Assembly (NCBI GenBank): GCA_008632985.1
Contig: QPGO01000137.1
Location: 124,001 to 188,000 of the forward strand
Length of the DNA: 64,000 nt
Source: Psammoneis japonica
Lineage: Eukaryota
Reading direction: 5' to 3'
Both the position numbers and the translations under genes were made by a program. A model generated the notes under the pieces. That model made no database searches. It saw only the letters and a list, made by a program, of their open reading frames with translations, and was not told where the DNA came from. Of the stretch, positions 23,201 to 36,020 are shown piece by piece (the first letter of the stretch is position 1; each line of letters starts with the position of its first letter).

Positions 23201-25108
23201 TCATTTTGTATATTCAACGTTTCGCTTGACTTTACCAAAGGATACCTGATTCACTTGCTGTGCGAATCGAAGGGAACAGAGACTCTCGCCTCCACTCCGT
23301 TCTGTCGGTGATAAATTCACCAGCATTAATGCTTTTCCATCGCCGCTCAAACAGTCCTGAAGAAGAAACGTCAACTTTGAGTTTCGATATGGGACGTGTG
23401 GGGCCTTGTTGGCGAGGGCATGAAAGACCGTTCCTAGCGCACTAAGACTTTTGTTGATAGCCTGAGTTTCTCGAAGACGAGTCTTGTTTGATCCGGTACC
23501 AGCTCTATGTAAGCGCTCGCTACCGGCTAGATCGCACAAGTTCAAGCTGCCCTTTAGAACTTCCCCGGTATCTTTGCTAATCCCTTCCATGTCAAGTATG
23601 AAAATAGCATGACTACGGGAGCTATGTGTGCTCATATTAGTCTCTGCTACCGACCGCGAACGCATTGCGCTGCTCATCAAACAATTGAATTGTCGCATGC
23701 CCTTGTCTGGATTTTTGAAATCGATCTCAACCTGCGTGAGATTTTCAACATAGCATCTGCCCTCCTTGTTTCGTTTGATGGCAAGCTTTGCATCTGCTTG
23801 GGAGTCTAGTCTTTCTGTAAGAAGATCAACTAGCTTTTCATTGTAGATCTCTAAGAAGCTCGCCTTCATTTTGTACTCAAACTTGTCACTTTCGATGCAT
23901 TTTGCTTGCGTCAAAATTTCCTCCAGGGCTCGTGGGATAATACCCCGCTGTGAACCCTCACCTACCCCTTGCATTGTATAGGTTTTTCCCGACCCTGTTT
24001 GTCCATAGGCAAAAAGACATACGTTGTATCCGTCAAGTGCGCTCTGCACAAAATCAGAGACTTCTTCGAAAACACCTTCTTGTTCCGTCAAAGACGAAAA
24101 GACCCGATCAAAATGAAAATCATGCTGGCTCCTCGTGCTTCTATCAAAAAAGGAAAGGCTCTCGTGATCGTGAGAAACCGTAATTGGAGATATTTCGCTC
24201 GCTTGTTTGCCGTCAATCAGAATGAATGGCCGAGTACGAACGAACACACGAATGTTGCCTCTGAGATCCTGAAGGTGGTTGTGAAGCTTTCGTCGAAGTT
24301 GTCCCCCCTTATATACCTTTGCAAAGAGAGCCTCAATCTTTTTCTCCTGCTCCCTTTTGATGCCTGTCAGTTCATTCAGCTGCTGACAGAGGTCAGTCTC
24401 CATTGTCTGTTTTTCGAATTTTATCTCTCCAACTTGCTGGTTGTGAGACATTTCCAATTTATCAATCCGTAGTTTGTACTGCTTATCGAGTTCCATTATC
24501 TCTCGCCTGAGCCCCTTGAGCTGTTCTTTTCGTTTGTTGAGAAGGTTGTCATCCATGATAACGTATGCCTTGCAATTGGTGCAGTACCAATGATCCACCT
24601 TCTGGACCAGCTTCTTGCCCTCTTCATCTTGACTGGTTTGTTCTTTTCCTCCTGATGGGCATGGCATGTACGTGCTGATAAACTCTTGTAGTGGAAGCGT
24701 GATTGAACATATAGAACACTCCGATGCATCATTGGGGACGTAATTGTGAAGAAGAGAGCCTGAGCAGACGGGGCAATTCTGCAAAGCTTGCCGAAGAGAC
24801 TGATTGGATGACTTCTCGTCAGAATTCGTTTCGTTTATATTGAGCGAGGCGATATCTTCCACAACGCGTTCTTCTTTACAGTCTCGAGCAAGCTTGGGGG
24901 GTTCGTCTTGCCTCGATGCAACATGCGGTCCCTCCATTCCCTTTCCGTAGCATCCGTAGAAGCGATCCTTGTTCTCATTCTTCTCCTTCCGAAGAGTGGC
25001 AACACGGCCCTTGATTCTATCGAGTTGTTTCTGAAAGTCTTCAGTCTTTTTTACAGTTGGCTGAATTGGCGATTTCAGACAATCGTTTTCACTGACATTA
25101 GTCTCCAT
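23201..25108 (-). CDS. Kinesin-14 (C-terminal motor, Kar3/Ncd/KIFC1-like)
   Basis: Coiled coil followed by the neck LRRKLHNHLQDLRGNIRVFVR, AYGQTGSGKT, SSRSH, DLAGSER and HVPYRNSKLT. Confidence 0.93.
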   Translation of the reverse strand: METNVSENDCLKSPIQPTVKKTEDFQKQLDRIKGRVATLRKEKNENKDRFYGCYGKGMEGPHVASRQDEPPKLARDCKEERVVEDIASLNINETNSDEKSSNQSLRQALQNCPVCSGSLLHNYVPNDASECSICSITLPLQEFISTYMPCPSGGKEQTSQDEEGKKLVQKVDHWYCTNCKAYVIMDDNLLNKRKEQLKGLRREIMELDKQYKLRIDKLEMSHNQQVGEIKFEKQTMETDLCQQLNELTGIKREQEKKIEALFAKVYKGGQLRRKLHNHLQDLRGNIRVFVRTRPFILIDGKQASEISPITVSHDHESLSFFDRSTRSQHDFHFDRVFSSLTEQEGVFEEVSDFVQSALDGYNVCLFAYGQTGSGKTYTMQGVGEGSQRGIIPRALEEILTQAKCIESDKFEYKMKASFLEIYNEKLVDLLTERLDSQADAKLAIKRNKEGRCYVENLTQVEIDFKNPDKGMRQFNCLMSSAMRSRSVAETNMSTHSSRSHAIFILDMEGISKDTGEVLKGSLNLCDLAGSERLHRAGTGSNKTRLRETQAINKSLSALGTVFHALANKAPHVPYRNSKLTFLLQDCLSGDGKALMLVNLSPTERSGGESLCSLRFAQQVNQVSFGKVKRNVEYTK

Positions 25109-25620
25109 TGTTTGCTTGGCAGCAAGTGTTGAGCCTCGTGGCTGACAATGTAATGATGTGGATTAGTCTCGACAATCTTTGGATGATCAGGCGTTCGTTC
25201 TTGCTAGCTTCTACAGCGAAAGGTGCAACTTTCAACCAATCGCCCTTGGCGATTTTGTGAGCAGCTTTTGTTTTATATGTATTTTTAAAATAGCTGAATA
25301 AAATATATTGTACAGATGCACTCCACTATCATAATCGATGTACAAATATTTAACGGTCACATATTTTGGTTGCGTGTTGAGTCCCGTGAGCTCGCGACGT
25401 GGGAATTGCAATCGTGAAGAAGAATCACCAATGCCTGCTCTAGACGCGTGTCCACCAAGAGCACCAACCCACCTGATCCTCGGAGCTTGGTGTCTCAAGG
25501 CTCAACAACCTTCTTCATGTCTCCTGCCAGGGTGCTTTCTTTGCGTCTGTCTCTCCCCAGTGGTCGTTTGTGCACAGCTCACAAAAGAGCAAATCTTTTC
25601 TTCACACATCACTTTTCCAG

Positions 25621-28600
25621 TGACAGGATTTGAACAAGATCCCAGTTTGTCACACACAATTGTGTGTGCTCTTAGTTCTGCGCGCATCGCGCGACGTAGT
25701 TTGCTTTCGAGCCACAGGCTCACGAGAACAATGACAGCAGCACCAACATCAAGACACCAGTCTTTCGGCTCCTGTGACGGTCTCTGCACGGAAACTCATC
25801 TGCTGTTTAGACAGCAGCAAGGAGTCATTGTTTTCTTCCACCCAGTCATCTTCATTTTCTGTCAGATTAACAGTCTTGCTCTTCATCATCCATTGAGCGT
25901 TCATCATCGTCATCGAGAAATTTTTGATGACACGCACCGCTTGTGGCAGAAGCACACATCTGCCTTCTTCACTGCTGGACACTGGATTAAATCTACACGT
26001 TTGGATTTGTCCAATGCCTCCCATCGTTGGATGTGTTTGTTCAACGGACATTTGTTTGGCCAGGAATTCCCAAATTCTCAGACATCCGAGATTCCGGATT
26101 CCTCACAGCGGATCCCACCAATCCATCCGCACACGTCCATGCACACACGACATGAACCCCTGACTCTGGCTCTGCTCCACGCATGCCAAGTCTACCGCCT
26201 TGCATCTGCACTGGATTGCTGGTCCTCTGCAGTCCCACAAGGTCTACTGGGACAACTGTGAGAGGAAGCAGTTTGTGATTGCAGCCTGCGTTGGGGCGAG
26301 GGTGCATTTCCCACGTTTGTTCATCCCTCCACAGCGCCAAATTTGGCCGGCCTGATCGGGTTGTCCAACTGACACAAAACAAGAACGGTTCAGAGGTCTT
26401 GTCCACCTCTGGCCAGCTTGTCAGCAGGGGTTTTTAACCCATTGCTCTGCTCTCAAGCAACCCAAAGCATCGCCAGCTGCGGGTTCGGACATGCCGGCAC
26501 AACTCTGCGGACTGGACAGGAAACTTGGCACTCAACTGCAAACGGGATGTCACAGCCCAGCGGTTTCTGACTCTTGAGACAGTTCAAGACATCAAGTCAA
26601 GATTCAAGTCAAGTTTCAAGTTGTTTCAAGCCCACACTCTGATTCCAGCCAGCTGTGACATCCACCCAGTTGCAACATGGTTCTCACCAGGCAACAACAA
26701 ATCGATGGCCTCGAGCACATTCTAGGCACTGTTCTGAATCAAGCCACAGACAGTCCAGTGTGCTCCGCCCTCAACATTGATGGAACCAATTTGCATCAGG
26801 ACCTTTTCACTTTTACTCTGATGCAATTGGATGCCCTTGTGTGCAACGACGGCACCAAGCAAATGCCCTTGCCACGTGGTTACAAAGCACAGACAGCTGC
26901 GCTGATTAGCCTGCACACGGCAAAAGCACGCGGCGGCGCGGATGTCAGCAATGACCCTCAGTTGTTCACACAAGAGGAGTTCACCAACTGTCATCTTAGT
27001 CCTGAGTGTGCAGCGTCCCTCTCGATGGGTGCAGCACCATCTGCTCCCACTCCTGGCTCGTTGCCACCCAAACCACGTGATCCCATGCATGACTTTAAAT
27101 GAGGCATTAAACGTGACCCACTTGCCTTCGCACTTCTCAAGTCCGACAAACAGTGGCACATGTGGCACACCTCCATCATCACACAGGCCCACTCCCAAGA
27201 CATTGCATGTGCACTCTCGATCTGATGCACAAGCCCTCCACAGCTGAGGACAAGGCCCTGTTTGATGAACAACAGAAGCACATGTTCGCAGTGTTTGAAC
27301 GGATCTTGCAGAATGACAAAGGCAAGGCACTTGTTCATCAACATGTCGGCTCCTCTGATGCTCAAGCGGTGTGTCATGACCTCTCCAAGTGCACCCTCAC
27401 TTCCACCCATGCATCCCTGGAGTCCTTGACCCTTCTCACACACCTCACCACTGCTCGCCTTGGTGATGGCACCTGGAAAGGATCCACTCATGCCTTCACA
27501 CTTCACTGGCAGGATTTGCTTCGCAAGTGTGAAGCTCTTGTCCCGGGTGCGGACCATTTCTCTGCTGGCCAGAAACATGTCATGCTTGAGAACGCCATTC
27601 ATCCTGTTGAAGAACTCCATTCAGTGAAGAATCAGGCCAATCAGTTCCGCACTCAGAATGGAAAGGGGCCCTCTTACAAAGAGCACTGTGGACTCCTGCT
27701 TTCTGCTGCAGCACAGCATGACAGCACGTTCGCTCCCAAGACAGCTCCTTGCACTCCGCGCCGTGCCATCTACAAACATGACCTGGTCCCTGATGACCCT
27801 GATGATGATGCATTCTTCAACATTGACAGTGATGTTGACGTCATCCAAGCTCATGCTGCACAAACTCGCAGCAATTCCCTCACCAAGGAACAACGGCGTC
27901 GCATTCCGCCGGACCATCAGCGCATTTGGGACACCTCACCCCAGCCCACCAAAGCGATCATTCTTGGCTCGCACACCGCCCACACCGGCAACTGCCATGA
28001 CTTGACGGCGGTCAACCTGCATGACCTCCGCATTGGCAGTGATGGCAATGTCAACTTGTCCGCCAACACTCACGATCTTGCGTCAGCCTCAACACAATCC
28101 GACACTGCAGCCGATGCAGCCGATGCCAACCCCATCCTGGCTCATCTCACCAGGCGCAAGCCTCTGCCACCTGGCAACTTGCAACATCTCCTGGCACCTG
28201 AATGGCCTCCTTCCACCTGTTCTGGCAAAAAACCGCCCGGATCTGCACCTTCCGTCCGCTCCGACGCAAAGCCCAATGACACTGTCATTGAGATCAACAG
28301 CCACAAATGCTGTCACGTCAACAACCACAATGTTGTCTGCTCTGCCTCGACCCACAAGTCAACTCGCAAAGGTGCTCTCGTGGATCATGGTGCAAACGGT
28401 GGCATCGCCGGTGATGATGTTTGTGTCATTGCCCGCACTGGTTGCCAGGTTGACGTCCAAGGTGTCAACGATCATCAACTGGTGGTGGACATTCCCATTG
28501 TCACTGCTGGTGGTGTCATCCACACGCAACGCAGCCCTGCCATTGCCATCCTTCACCAGTGTGCCCACACTGGAAAGGGGAAGACGATGCACTCTTGCAG

Positions 28601-31600
28601 CCAGCTCGAGTGGCACAAACATGATGCCATGAATGTGAACTCAATCCCAAGGATCCTGACTTTGAGTCCCTCTGCCCTTGCTTTGGCTTTTTCCCAAAGG
28701 ACACTGTCCGCCGCACTTTTGATTGCATGACACAGTGCACCCGCATGCCAGCCAGCACGCACCTGAAAAAGGCGCGCAAACTGCCCAACCCAGCTCTCAA
28801 TGTCCGCCGACGTGACAACCCGTTGCCACCGACATGGTCCACTCCGACACCCCTGCCATTGACTCTGGTTGCACCAGCGCCCAGCTCTTTGTCGGCATGG
28901 AATCTCTTGTCACTGACGTGCATGACACCAAAACTGACAAAGGACGCATTCCAGCCCTAGGTGGGAGCTCGCAGCACTGACGTGTGACACAAATAATTTT
29001 TGTCATCCGTCGCATGTTTCGCACGCTGTTTTGCGAAGCCCCAGACGTTTTGTGTGACGAATTTATAGAAACAATGATGTGCCAGTTACATTCTTCAATG
29101 TCTGAAGAATGTAACTGGCTGAGTAAAAAATGATGTACTTCAATCATGGGCGAGTTTGTGCGTTCGCAAAATTGCCTCATTTTCTGTTGGCGATCATTGA
29201 CATTTTAATTACCGCACAATTTTAGTGCGGAGCTCGCACGTAGAATTCTACGGGCCCAATGTCACACGGATTCCCACCTGCGTCTGGAACGCGTCAAAGA
29301 ATTCGTCAACACCCTTGAAGACAACATTCGTGATCGTGGTGCCCCGTCCAAGCTCATCAGCGACCGTGCTCAGGTTGAGATCAGCAACAAGGTTCTTGGC
29401 ATCCTTCATGCCCTCTTCATCTCTAGTTGGCAAAGCGAGCCTCACCAACAGCATCAGAATTTTGCTGAACGCCGCTGCCAAACTGTGAAGACCATGGCCA
29501 ACACTGTCATGGATCGCTTTGGGTCCCCGGCTCACACCTGGCTGCTCGCCCTGATGCACGTGTGCTTTGTGCTCAACCACATGGCGTCAGCCAAGCTCCA
29601 CTGGCACACCACCACCAAGGTGCTGTCCGGCTCCACTCCCAACATCGCCCGCTCCTCCGCTTTCAATGGTGGGAACCCAAGTGCCACCACCTGGATGATT
29701 CCAACTGGCCACCCGAATCCCGTGAATTGCATGGCCACTTGGTTGGCATCGCCGAACACGATGGTCACCAAATGACATTCAAGATTCTTTCTGATGACAC
29801 TCAGAAGATTCTCTGCCGTTCCAACATGCGCTCCGCCCATGATCCGTCTGCTCCAAACCTGCTTCTTGATCCTCCTGACAAGAAATCTGCTGAACCTGTC
29901 ATTAAATCCTGCCACGACTCTGAGGATTTGCCAGATTCACCAGATGGGGCGGCGATGAGGATGCCCAAAATGCCAGTCTTTGACCCCGAGGATGTCATGG
30001 GACGCACCTTCCTCATGAAGCCACAAGAGGATGGACAATGCCACAGAGCCTGCATTGTCAAAGCCGTTGAGGACCATGACTGGAAAATTGGAGACAATCC
30101 TGAACTGGTCAAGTTCATTTGCTCCGTCAACAATGACGAATGCAAGGAAGTCCCAGCCTGCAACAACATCATGCACCACATTGAGCAAGAAGATGAGGAC
30201 ACCACCCTCTGGAAGTTCTGATGCATCACATCGCACGAAGGGCCATTGCGACCCCATCATCCCTCTTTGAAAGGCTCAAGCTACAATGTCATGCTTGAAT
30301 GGGAGAATGGAGAGATCACGTCTGAACCCCTTGCCATCATTGCCAAGGATGACCCCCGTCACCTGTGCCATCCACGCGCGTGAGCACGGCCTTCTAGAAA
30401 CCGAAGGATGGAGACATTTTTGCAAGACAGCCCTTTGTCAGAAGAAGCTGTTCCGCATGGCCAACCAAGCCAAGTTGTGCTCCTTTTGCACTGCGCCATG
30501 ACACAAGTGCGGGCATGAAGTGCCATGGGACTGCAAGCATGCCATGGCCCTTGATGAGCACAATGGCAACCGCAAGTGGGGAGACGCAACGGACCTCGAG
30601 ATGACTCAGCTTGATGAGTGCAAGGTCTTCCACGACTGCGGACACCACAAGGATTCCAGTGCTCCATCAGGACACAAGAAGATCCGGGTGCATCTTGTCT
30701 GCGACGTCAAACATGACGGACGGCACAAAGCAAGGCTTGTTGGCGATGGACACCTCACAGACGTGCCCATCGACAGTGTCCATTCCGGAGTGGTGTCTCT
30801 CCATGGCCTGCAAATGATGATCTTCCTCCTGGCTGAGCTCAACGAACTAGAGACCTGGGCCACTGACACTGGGAATGCCTGCCTTGAAGCTACGACCAAG
30901 GAGAAACTGTGCATCGCAGCAGGCCCCGAGTTCGGCGACCTGGAAGGACACATCCTTGTCATCCACAAGGCCTTGTGCGGACTCACTTTGCTGATTGCTT
31001 GCATGCCGAAGGCTTCTTCCCATGCAAAGCCGAACCTGACATCTGGCTGCGTGGGAATGGTGACCACTGCAAATGCGTGGCAGTGCATGTGGACGACCTG
31101 GCCTTCGCCATGAAGGACCCCCAGGCTTTTGCAGACACCCTCATGGAGAAACACAAGTTCAAACTCAAGGGCACTGGACCATTGGAGTTCCATCTTGGCT
31201 GCGACTTCACCCGTGACCCAGACGGTGCCCTGTGTCTTGCCCCCTGCAAGCACATTGAGCGCATGGTTGACAACTGTGCGTGCCTCTTTGGAGAGAAGCC
31301 CCGCACTGATGTGCTTTTACCCCTTGACAAGGGTGACCACCCTGAGCTCAACACCTCCGAATTGCTCAAACCGGAGGGCATCCACCAACTCCAATCCTTG
31401 ATTGGATCCCTGCAATGGGCCGTGTCTCTGGGTCACATTGACATTGCTGCGGCTGTCATGTCCCTGTCTGGCTTCCGTGCAGCACCCCGTCAAGGCCACC
31501 TGGACTGTGCCAAATGCATCTGCGGATTCCTCTCCAAGATGCGTCATGGCACCCTCCAAGTGCGCGCCGAGGAGCCCGACTGTTTGGACCTCCCTGAGCC

Positions 31601-32465
31601 CGTGCATGACTGGGCTCAATCTGTGCATGGGGAGGTAGAAGAGCTGCTCCCACAAGATGCACCCAAGCCACTTGGCAAGTTTGTCACCACCACACACCAT
31701 GTTGATGCAAACTTGTTCCATTGCATGCTCACTGGACACTCTGTCACTGGCATCCTCCATTTCCTCAACAAGTTTCCAGCTGATTGGTTCTCTGACAAAC
31801 AAGCAACAGTCGAGACTGCTGCACATGGATCCGAGTTTGTTGCCGCAAGGACGTGTGTTGAGCAGATCATTGATCTGCGCATCACTTTGCGTCACCTTGG
31901 CATCCCCATTCGTGAAACATGTTGCATGTTCGGGGACAACAAGTCGGTTGTGGACAGTGCCACCATCCTGCACTCCAAGTTGCACAAGCGACATGCCGCC
32001 CTCTCATTCCATCATGTGCTTGAGGCAATTGCCTCCAGTTTCCTCAAGTTTCATTTCATTGAAGGCTCCCACAACCCAGCTGACATCCTCAGCAAGCATT
32101 GGGGTTGCTCACAAGTCTGGAACCTCCTTTGTCCTCCAATGTTTTGGAACTTCGATCCTGAGGCTTTCAACCAATCTGACCTTGAATCCATCACTGTTGA
32201 CCCCTCAAGCAAACTGGGGAGTGACAGGATTTGAACAAGATTTCAGTTTGTCACACACAATTGTGTGCGCTCTTAGTTCCGCGTGCATTGCACGGCATGG
32301 TTTGCTTTCGAGCCACAGGCTCACAAGAACAATGACAGCAGCGCCGACATCACGACACCAGTCTTTCGGCTCCTGTGAAGGTCTCTGCATGGAGACTCAT
32401 CTGCTGTTTAGACAGCAGCAAGGAGTTGTTGTTTTCTTCCAACCAGTCATCTTCATTTTCTGTCA
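25621..32465 (+). mobile_element. Ty1/Copia (CoDi-like) LTR retrotransposon, structurally complete but mutationally dead; LTRs 25621-25864 and 32222-32465
   Basis: 244-bp LTRs with TGACA...TGTCA termini, 5-bp TSD TCCAG (25616-20 / 32466-70) and PPT aaactggggag. Gag from 26677, protease ALVDHGANGG, integrase (FVNTLEDNIRDRGAP), RT (KARLVG, AVHVDDL) and RNase H (HGSEF, GDNKSV, NPADILSK), in Copia order. Confidence 0.95.
28943..29295. mobile_element. 353-bp MITE nested in the Copia integrase
   Basis: Imperfect 24-bp TIRs (gacgcattccagccctaggtggga / tcccacctgcgtctggaacgcgtc) and 4-bp TSD AAAG. Removing it restores ...KTDK-EFVNTLEDN. Confidence 0.88.
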
Positions 32466-34031
32466 TCCAGCTTGGTCAAGACAGAAATGAGCAACGGATC
32501 AACCACACAAAAACAAACAAGGGTGAGACTCGCTCACCTCTTTCTTCCTTTGGTCATTTTGGGGAGATTGCCAGCAGTCAAGTGGTGTGCATTGGGTGTG
32601 TTTTCATGCCCCCCAGGTGAGAAGCTTCTGGACAAATTGCAAGGTTTTCTGTGTGTTTTTGCGTGTCACATGCACCCAGTGCTAAATCTGTGCAAGAAAA
32701 TTGAGCTCCAAAGCACAGGTGTGCTTTTTGTGCCACCAACCACAAATCACCCATGATGCAGAGAAAATGGTGCCATGCCACAACCACAAACTTGGTGGCT
32801 CTTGCACCAGTGCCCACAATGACAAAGAAGGCAAGAATGTCAACAGAGCACAGATCAACAAGACCACATGCTCAATGCAATGATGTGGTTGAAATTTTTT
32901 TGATGTTTGTTGTGTCTTGTGCAGCCTTTTTTCTTGCAACTTTTTTGACATCTGTGTTTGGGCAAGTTGTCATGACATGAAAAGGGAGGTCAGAGCGGCA
33001 CATTGGCAAGATTCTGTGCTTTCTTTTTGTTGATGCCTGTGCCAGACTTTGCATTTGGAGAGGATCTCAAGGATTGAGCTGCCACACTGAACAATTGTGG
33101 AGATCTGCAGGTGCAGCAGACAACTCACATCAACACCCATGAGTGCTGTGCTCTTGATTCTCAAATTTGCACACAGCAAATTGGCTCAGCACAGACAATG
33201 GAGTGCTGATGACATTTTGGAACTTCTGGAATGTTCCAAATTGTTGTGTGAGTCAGATGCTGCGTCAACTCTGAGAAGAAGGTGACAAAAGAGTCGCCAA
33301 CTCATGTGTGTGTGAGAGAGTTTTTCTGAGCTGTTTGATGATCAGCCCTCAAATGGAAATGTCATCATCCTCAGTTGTTCCTTTCTCCAGCAAATGATGG
33401 AGATTGGTGCCCTCATCACATTCCTCTTGGTTGACGCTCCCAGTGTCACCACAGTCAAGTGCAAGATGGGGGGGGGGGCAGCTGGTGCACTCCTCATCAA
33501 CGTTGGAGTGGCCAATGGCCACTGTGAAAGAACCTGACAATTGGGGCATCTGCCATGGATTCTTGATCTGAGTCAGAGCACCCTTTTTTCCGCCACTCTC
33601 TGTTGGCTCTGACGTGCACAAACACAATGAGAGAGCTTTGCTCACTCTGCGGTGTGGTTGTGAGAAACTTCCACTGTTGCACTCACCCCACTTGTTTTTA
33701 AATTTTGACGCTGTTGCAAAAATGATGAATTCAAAACCTTGGCGAGTTGCAGGTTTTTGTTGCACAAAAAGACCAGAGTGCCAAATGGCAAACGGAGGGG
33801 GGTCTACTCTAGCTAGAGAGCAAGGGAGCAGAGGGGGGAAACGAGGCCGTGAAACGTCCTGGCCCTACAATGACTGGGACACATGCCTCTCGATGACCAA
33901 CGTATTATACGGTACCTGTTGTACCGAACACCATCTTTCCGTTGTCGTGAAAATTGTACCACACAGTATGTGCCACAAACGCACACCTACCGTACCTCGC
34001 TCCCTGCCTAATTTTGCGGGATGCATGAACC

Positions 34032-35225
34032 ATGGCCTGCAAGGGCAAACGCTGCGTCCGGATCGCCGTCACATTGATTTTAGTGCAGGTAGTACATCTT
34101 GCTTCTATTCAGTTAGCTTACCTTTTCCGACTCAGTTTTCCAACCCTCAGTGATGAGCAATACGTTGCTGCGCTTGTGAATGATGCTACCGAAAAAGTTC
34201 AGAAGAAAAATGAAAACAGAACGTTGGTGATTTTAATGGGAAACTTGCGATGCGGTGAACTGGCATGGGAAACCCTGTACAGAAATGTGTTGGATGTGAA
34301 TTCAGCTGATTTGGCTCTGTTCACCCAAGAGCCCGCACCGCAATATCAGAACGCATCGATCCTACAGAGAGCAAAGTATGTTTACAAATACCCCAAGTAC
34401 GATGATTGGGCCGATGCTGTTGACTTGATCAATGGCACAGCGTGGCGAGGGCGCTTGTTCCCCATCTACAACAAGAGAACGAATATAGCACTGGGAGGTA
34501 TGGGAGACATCAAGGGGAGTGGTACAATCATATTCATGTATCGATGGTTTATCTCACAACGCATCCAAGAACTTGAATGGACTAAAAAATACGATCGCTT
34601 TGTCATTTCACGAACGGATCATTATTACATGACCCCTCATGATCTCTCGGACCTTGATAATCAATACATGTGGGTACCAGAAGGAGAAGACTATGGGGGG
34701 GTATGTGATCGTCATTTGGTAGTAAACTCAACCTCGGTCTTGAAAGCTCTTAATGTACTTCCCCCCATCATTGAAAACCCGGAAAAGTTTAAAGCACAGC
34801 TGGCTCCTACACGCCGCTTCAACTCGGAACGACTTTTATTGGCACGCTGGAGACAAGAAGGGCTTGTTGGCTCTGTGAGACGTTTTAAGCGAATAATGTT
34901 TATTTGTGGTGTTCCTGGTGACCAAGTCGGAATAAATCCCCTCCTGACCATGTCGGAAGAAGGAGTGCAACCCAAGTACGGGGGAGAATATGCCCTTGCC
35001 AAATCCAAAGGTGGTCAGAACCCAATAGACTGTGGATGTCCGGAGCGTTGCAATTTTCTTACATTGAGCAGTGTGGAAGACAGCATGCCGTATTCGTGCC
35101 GGGAGCGGATAGAGTATATTATGGATAAGCACAAGCTGAGTCAGAATGCATCATGTGTACATGCGGCAGATTCAGGAGCTTGTGGACCCGATTGTAACCC
35201 GAATCTTTGTGTCGTAGCAACTTAA
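34032..35225 (+). CDS. Uncharacterised type II membrane protein, glycosyltransferase-like, with C-terminal Cys-rich CGCP..C..CRERI..C..C..CNP..C module
   Basis: 397-aa ORF of normal composition with an N-terminal TM. Motifs YDRFVISRTDH and WVPEGEDYGGVCDRH. Confidence 0.7.
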   Translation: MACKGKRCVRIAVTLILVQVVHLASIQLAYLFRLSFPTLSDEQYVAALVNDATEKVQKKNENRTLVILMGNLRCGELAWETLYRNVLDVNSADLALFTQEPAPQYQNASILQRAKYVYKYPKYDDWADAVDLINGTAWRGRLFPIYNKRTNIALGGMGDIKGSGTIIFMYRWFISQRIQELEWTKKYDRFVISRTDHYYMTPHDLSDLDNQYMWVPEGEDYGGVCDRHLVVNSTSVLKALNVLPPIIENPEKFKAQLAPTRRFNSERLLLARWRQEGLVGSVRRFKRIMFICGVPGDQVGINPLLTMSEEGVQPKYGGEYALAKSKGGQNPIDCGCPERCNFLTLSSVEDSMPYSCRERIEYIMDKHKLSQNASCVHAADSGACGPDCNPNLCVVAT

Positions 35226-35489
35226 AAACAATGGTGCAGAAACTAAATAATGTCGCAAAATTGAGCCACCACAACACTCTGCGCACTGTACCGTACTACA
35301 ATCCCAAAGTTACAATGCTCGAGCAAAACCACGAATGCTGACTAGCTTTCATTTTTGTCTGCTTTGGAGCTCTTGCTTGGTCGGTACCCTCTTGTTTTAG
35401 GATGAGGAGTGCCTTTCTGTCCGTCAACCGAGCAGAGCGTACGGATGATGACCCTTGATGATGCATGCGACGGTTTGCCATTGCATTTA

Positions 35490-36020
35490 AAAAAGTTCCA
35501 GCATCCACCATCCAGCACCAAGTGCCTGCAGTCTGGCGCCCACCATCCAGCACCCAGCACACACCATTCGTCAGCTGCCATCTAGCATCAACCATCTTGG
35601 GTTTTGCCACTTGAAAGGAGAGTCACAGTGGCAGTCTGTCTACAAAATGGTTTCTGCACATGTTTTGCACTTTTGCCCATCACCATCACCTCCAGCCCGA
35701 TCCAATTGGAGCTGGGCTGGTCGGGATTGGGCTGGAGGAGGTGGTGGGGGCAGATGACAGTGCAAACCATGCATGGAAACTGTCATGCAGACAGACTGCC
35801 ACTGCGGTTCTTTTTGCAAGTGGTGATGCCCAGTGTGCCATCCACCACCCACCATCCAGCATCTGGTGTCTGCAGCCCACTGCCCACCATCCACCACCCC
35901 GTGGTCCAGCATCCACCACCACCCACCCTCCAGTGCTCAACATCCATCACCCAACACCCATCACCTGCCATCAACCATCTGCCATTCAGCACCTGCCATT
36001 CAGCACCACTCAGCATCCAG
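35490..36020. repeat. Low-complexity imperfect tandem repeats (catccac/ccagcac units) in decayed sequence
   Basis: Repeated ccatccacca/ccagcatcca blocks at 35500-35590 and 35840-36020. Confidence 0.55.

Noticed and set aside
25375..25507. Solo LTR (TGTTGAG...CTCAACA)
   Set aside because: It has 7-bp inverted termini but no TSD and no second copy in the window.
25621..32465. Alternative genetic code or RNA editing to explain Tyr->His/Cys
   Set aside because: Host genes use TAT/TAC normally, non-coding LTRs show the same TA loss, and the elements also carry frameshifts and stops.
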